Both the position numbers and the translations under genes were made by a program. A stretch of 64,000 nt of DNA from Lama guanicoe. Its lineage: Eukaryota. This document shows positions 61,335-64,000 of this stretch, piece after piece (the stretch's first letter is position 1; every line of letters begins with the position of its first letter). The notes under the pieces are model-generated. The model saw nothing but the letters and a program-made list of their open reading frames with translations. It was not told the DNA's origin and searched no databases. The stretch covers positions 2,094,968 through 2,158,967 of the forward strand of contig MU054338.1 of the NCBI GenBank assembly GCA_013239625.1, written 5' to 3'.

Positions 61335-63464
61335 GTACGCCCCCCGCCCGGCGCCCCGGCCCCGCGCCCCCCGCAGCCCGGCCCCGGAGTTTGGAAGCCG
61401 GGGGAGGCGGGACGAAAGAAGCGCGCGTCCCTCCCGCCGCCGCGGCCGGGATGCCCCCTGCCCTGGGCCAGGGTCCCGTGGGGGATGGGATGGGCCGGGG
61501 ACCCCTCCCAACCCGGGACCCTCACCCGGGACTCCCGCCCCGTCCCCCGGGACCTCTCCCCCTGGCGGACGCGGGGTTTCGTCCTGCAGTCTCGCCCTCC
61601 CCCCACGCAGGACGCGCTTCCCCCCAACGCCCCGGGAAGGTCGGGGGGGGGCCCGAGGAGAAGGCCAAAGGCGGGGCTCTGCGCGAACCCCAGGGCTGGA
61701 CGCAGGCCTGCTTTTAAGAGGATTTGAGGGGTCCTGGCTGGACGCTAATCGCCCTGGGACTCTCGAGCAGAGGACCCCTGTGATGTTTTGCCTGAACGCC
61801 TCCCAAGGTTGTGCCCGCCACCCTAGCCCTGGGCCGCCTTTCCCCCCATTATTGGCCCACGTGGGCGAGGAGGGGGAGGGGGCACGCGAAGTTGGAGGCG
61901 CCAGCAATGGGGGAAGGGGGTGCCCCGACGTCCCGGCTCGGTCTTCTTCACCCTCCCGCCCCTCAATCTGGTCCCGAGATTTTCGCCGCATCGATTCTGG
62001 GTTATTGAGCCGCCGCCGCCGCCGCCTCCGGGAGGAGCTGGGAGGCCGGGCGTTCCGGGGTCTGGCCCGGGCACTGCGGCGCTGCGGACGCCCTCGCCAG
62101 CCAGGCACCTGCCCCTGCCCCATCCTGTAGCCTCTCACCCCTGGCCGTGCTCCCGGACAGCCCCGGGCTCAGCCCTTGTGCAAGGACTAAGAGGGTGTGT
62201 GGGGAAGGGGCCGCACCTCAGGGGACCCCTCCCCCAGCACCCGCTGGGAACCCCCAGATTGGCTACTTCTACTTTCCAGCTCGGCCTCCACACTACGTCC
62301 TTGTGTGTCTTTAGGTCCTTGGGGTCCCGGCTGGCCTCCGTTTCCCCACCCCACCCCCAGCTGACATGGGGCTAAGGCAGGTTGTGGAGAGAGGGTCTGC
62401 GTGGCCTCCAAGCTGTAAAGTGCAGGGCGCTGGGAGGTGGGAGTCGCCAGAGCTTGAGTGCCCTGGGGAGCACTGTATGGGGTGCACGTGGATGCCAGTC
62501 TCTGCTGAGGGTTCCTCCCACTCATGGCCCTGGGGTGCCCGTCATTCACAGGCTCTTTCTTCCTGGCCCCCTCCGGCTCCTGGCCCCCCACAGGGAAATT
62601 GAGGGCTGGTGCCAAGGGGGTCTTGGGCTTGTCCTACCCATGATCCCCTGGGTGACCTTGCGCATCCCTGCCCCTCTCCAGATCTCCCTTCCCATTCAGA
62701 ACAACTTTGGGGGTCCTCTGAAGTGGTCATCTCTAGCCCACCTCTTCCTCTAGGTCGCCCTGAAGCTCCCCCAGAACAAGTAGGGTCCTGATTGGGGTTG
62801 CCCTGTGACCTTGGGCCTCCCAGCCTCTGGGCCTGGGGCTGGCCTGCGTGGCCCCCCCGGGGTGCCCCCGCCCCCTCCGCTCTTCCCGCGCTCACTAGCT
62901 CCCAGAGCTGCCTGGGGGGCTGAGCCCGGGGAGGCTATTGCAGGCGAGGAGGTTGGATGGCCGCCTGTTGTCCCTGCGCCCTGGAATTCCCCCACAGGAC
63001 TCCTCCGGAGACAGGCCTCCATCCCGTCCACGCTGCCCAGAGTGGGTGGTGGTGAGAACCAGAGCTGGCGCTGTGCTCCTGGGCCTGGCTTTCCCAGGTG
63101 GAAAACCAGGCTGGCTGTCGGTGGAAATATGACAATACAAAATACCTAGGGTTGCTGTGTGCGAGAGACAGGGTGACACGGAGACAGACAGACAGAGAGA
63201 GGACCAGGGAGCTCCCAGGCTAGGGTGGGGATGGAGTGGCCCAAAGGCAGGGGGCTCCCCTTCTCTGTTTATTTTCCCATGGGTGCCCCAAGCCCTGGAG
63301 AGGGACCACCTGTAAGACTCCCCCAGCAGCCTCAGTGTAAGCCCCGAACTCCTTGCAGGCCCACCCCGAGATCTGGGGTCTCTAGCTGGGGGACCCAGGT
63401 GCCCCTGCAAGATCCCCCTCCACTCCTGGCTGCCTAATCACGCCCTATGCATCGCATCGCTCTC

Positions 63465-63640
63465 TGACTGTCTGCATCTCTGTGTCTCCCTGCCTCTCTC
63501 TCTTCCTGTGTCTGTTCTCTCTCCCTCCCTTTCTCTCCATCTCTCTCTCTGTCTCTTTTCCCTCTCTTTGTCTCTGTGTCTCTCCTCACCTGCCAGTCTC
63601 TCCCTGTCTCTCGGTCTCTGGGCCTCCATCTCCCCCCCTT
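63465..63640 (+). repeat. CT-rich polypyrimidine tract in NFIC intron 1
   Basis: TCTC/TGTC low-complexity tract. Confidence 0.85.
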
Positions 63641-64000
63641 TACTGACTAATTTTACAACCCAAGCCCATCCTAAAATAGCTCCCTTTTAGCTGATCCGAC
63701 CCGGATCCTTCTCTGAGCGGAGACCAGACCGGCTAGGGGGTGCGTGGGGGTGGAGGGGTTGCTGGGCTGCTCAGGTGCCCGCCCGCCCTGTGCCCCGGTC
63801 CTGCCCACCGAGGAGGGGGGGCAGCCGCGGCCCGGGCGGCCCTGGAGGATTCTGGGAGCCCCGTCCCTGTTTCAGTGGTGACTCAAGTGCTTTTCACTTT
63901 TACTCTTAAGAGGAACTGTGGAGCAGCCGTTACTTCCATAAATCCTGCCGGCGGGAAGGCCAGCCTCCTCCCTGAGCTCGCCCCACTCTGGGCCTCCCTT

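Overview
This is GC-rich mammalian genomic DNA, probably camelid judging by the Vic-1-like tRNA-derived SINEs, and it is syntenic with human 19p13.3. It contains the last eight coding exons and 3' UTR of the RNA-binding gene CELF5 (+ strand, stop 10538, AATAAA 13721). A repeat-rich interval follows (L1, L2, MIR, MaLR/ERVL LTRs, MER DNA transposons, SINEs), then the 5' end of the transcription factor NFIC (+ strand). NFIC has two CpG-island promoters (~53.5-56.6 kb and ~60.6-62.2 kb) and the canonical first coding exon [10 protein letters not shown] at 61305-61334. The best finding is a candidate far-distal NFIC first exon at 23483-23578. It encodes a 32-aa N-terminus (…VKWQLCYDMTAKMWWM|GT) that matches the alternative N-terminus I recall for the paralog NFIA. 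Other observations are a possible splicing/NMD switch and an acceptor/donor dual site at the CELF5 3' end, uORFs at all three NFIC first exons, a long-spacer REST site, CTCF sites, a 187-bp templated insertion into an L1, and unusually homogeneous L2-derived copies. There are two assembly gaps. There is no prokaryotic-type system, and most ORFs in the track are spurious. Family and ortholog assignments come from recognition, not from database searches.
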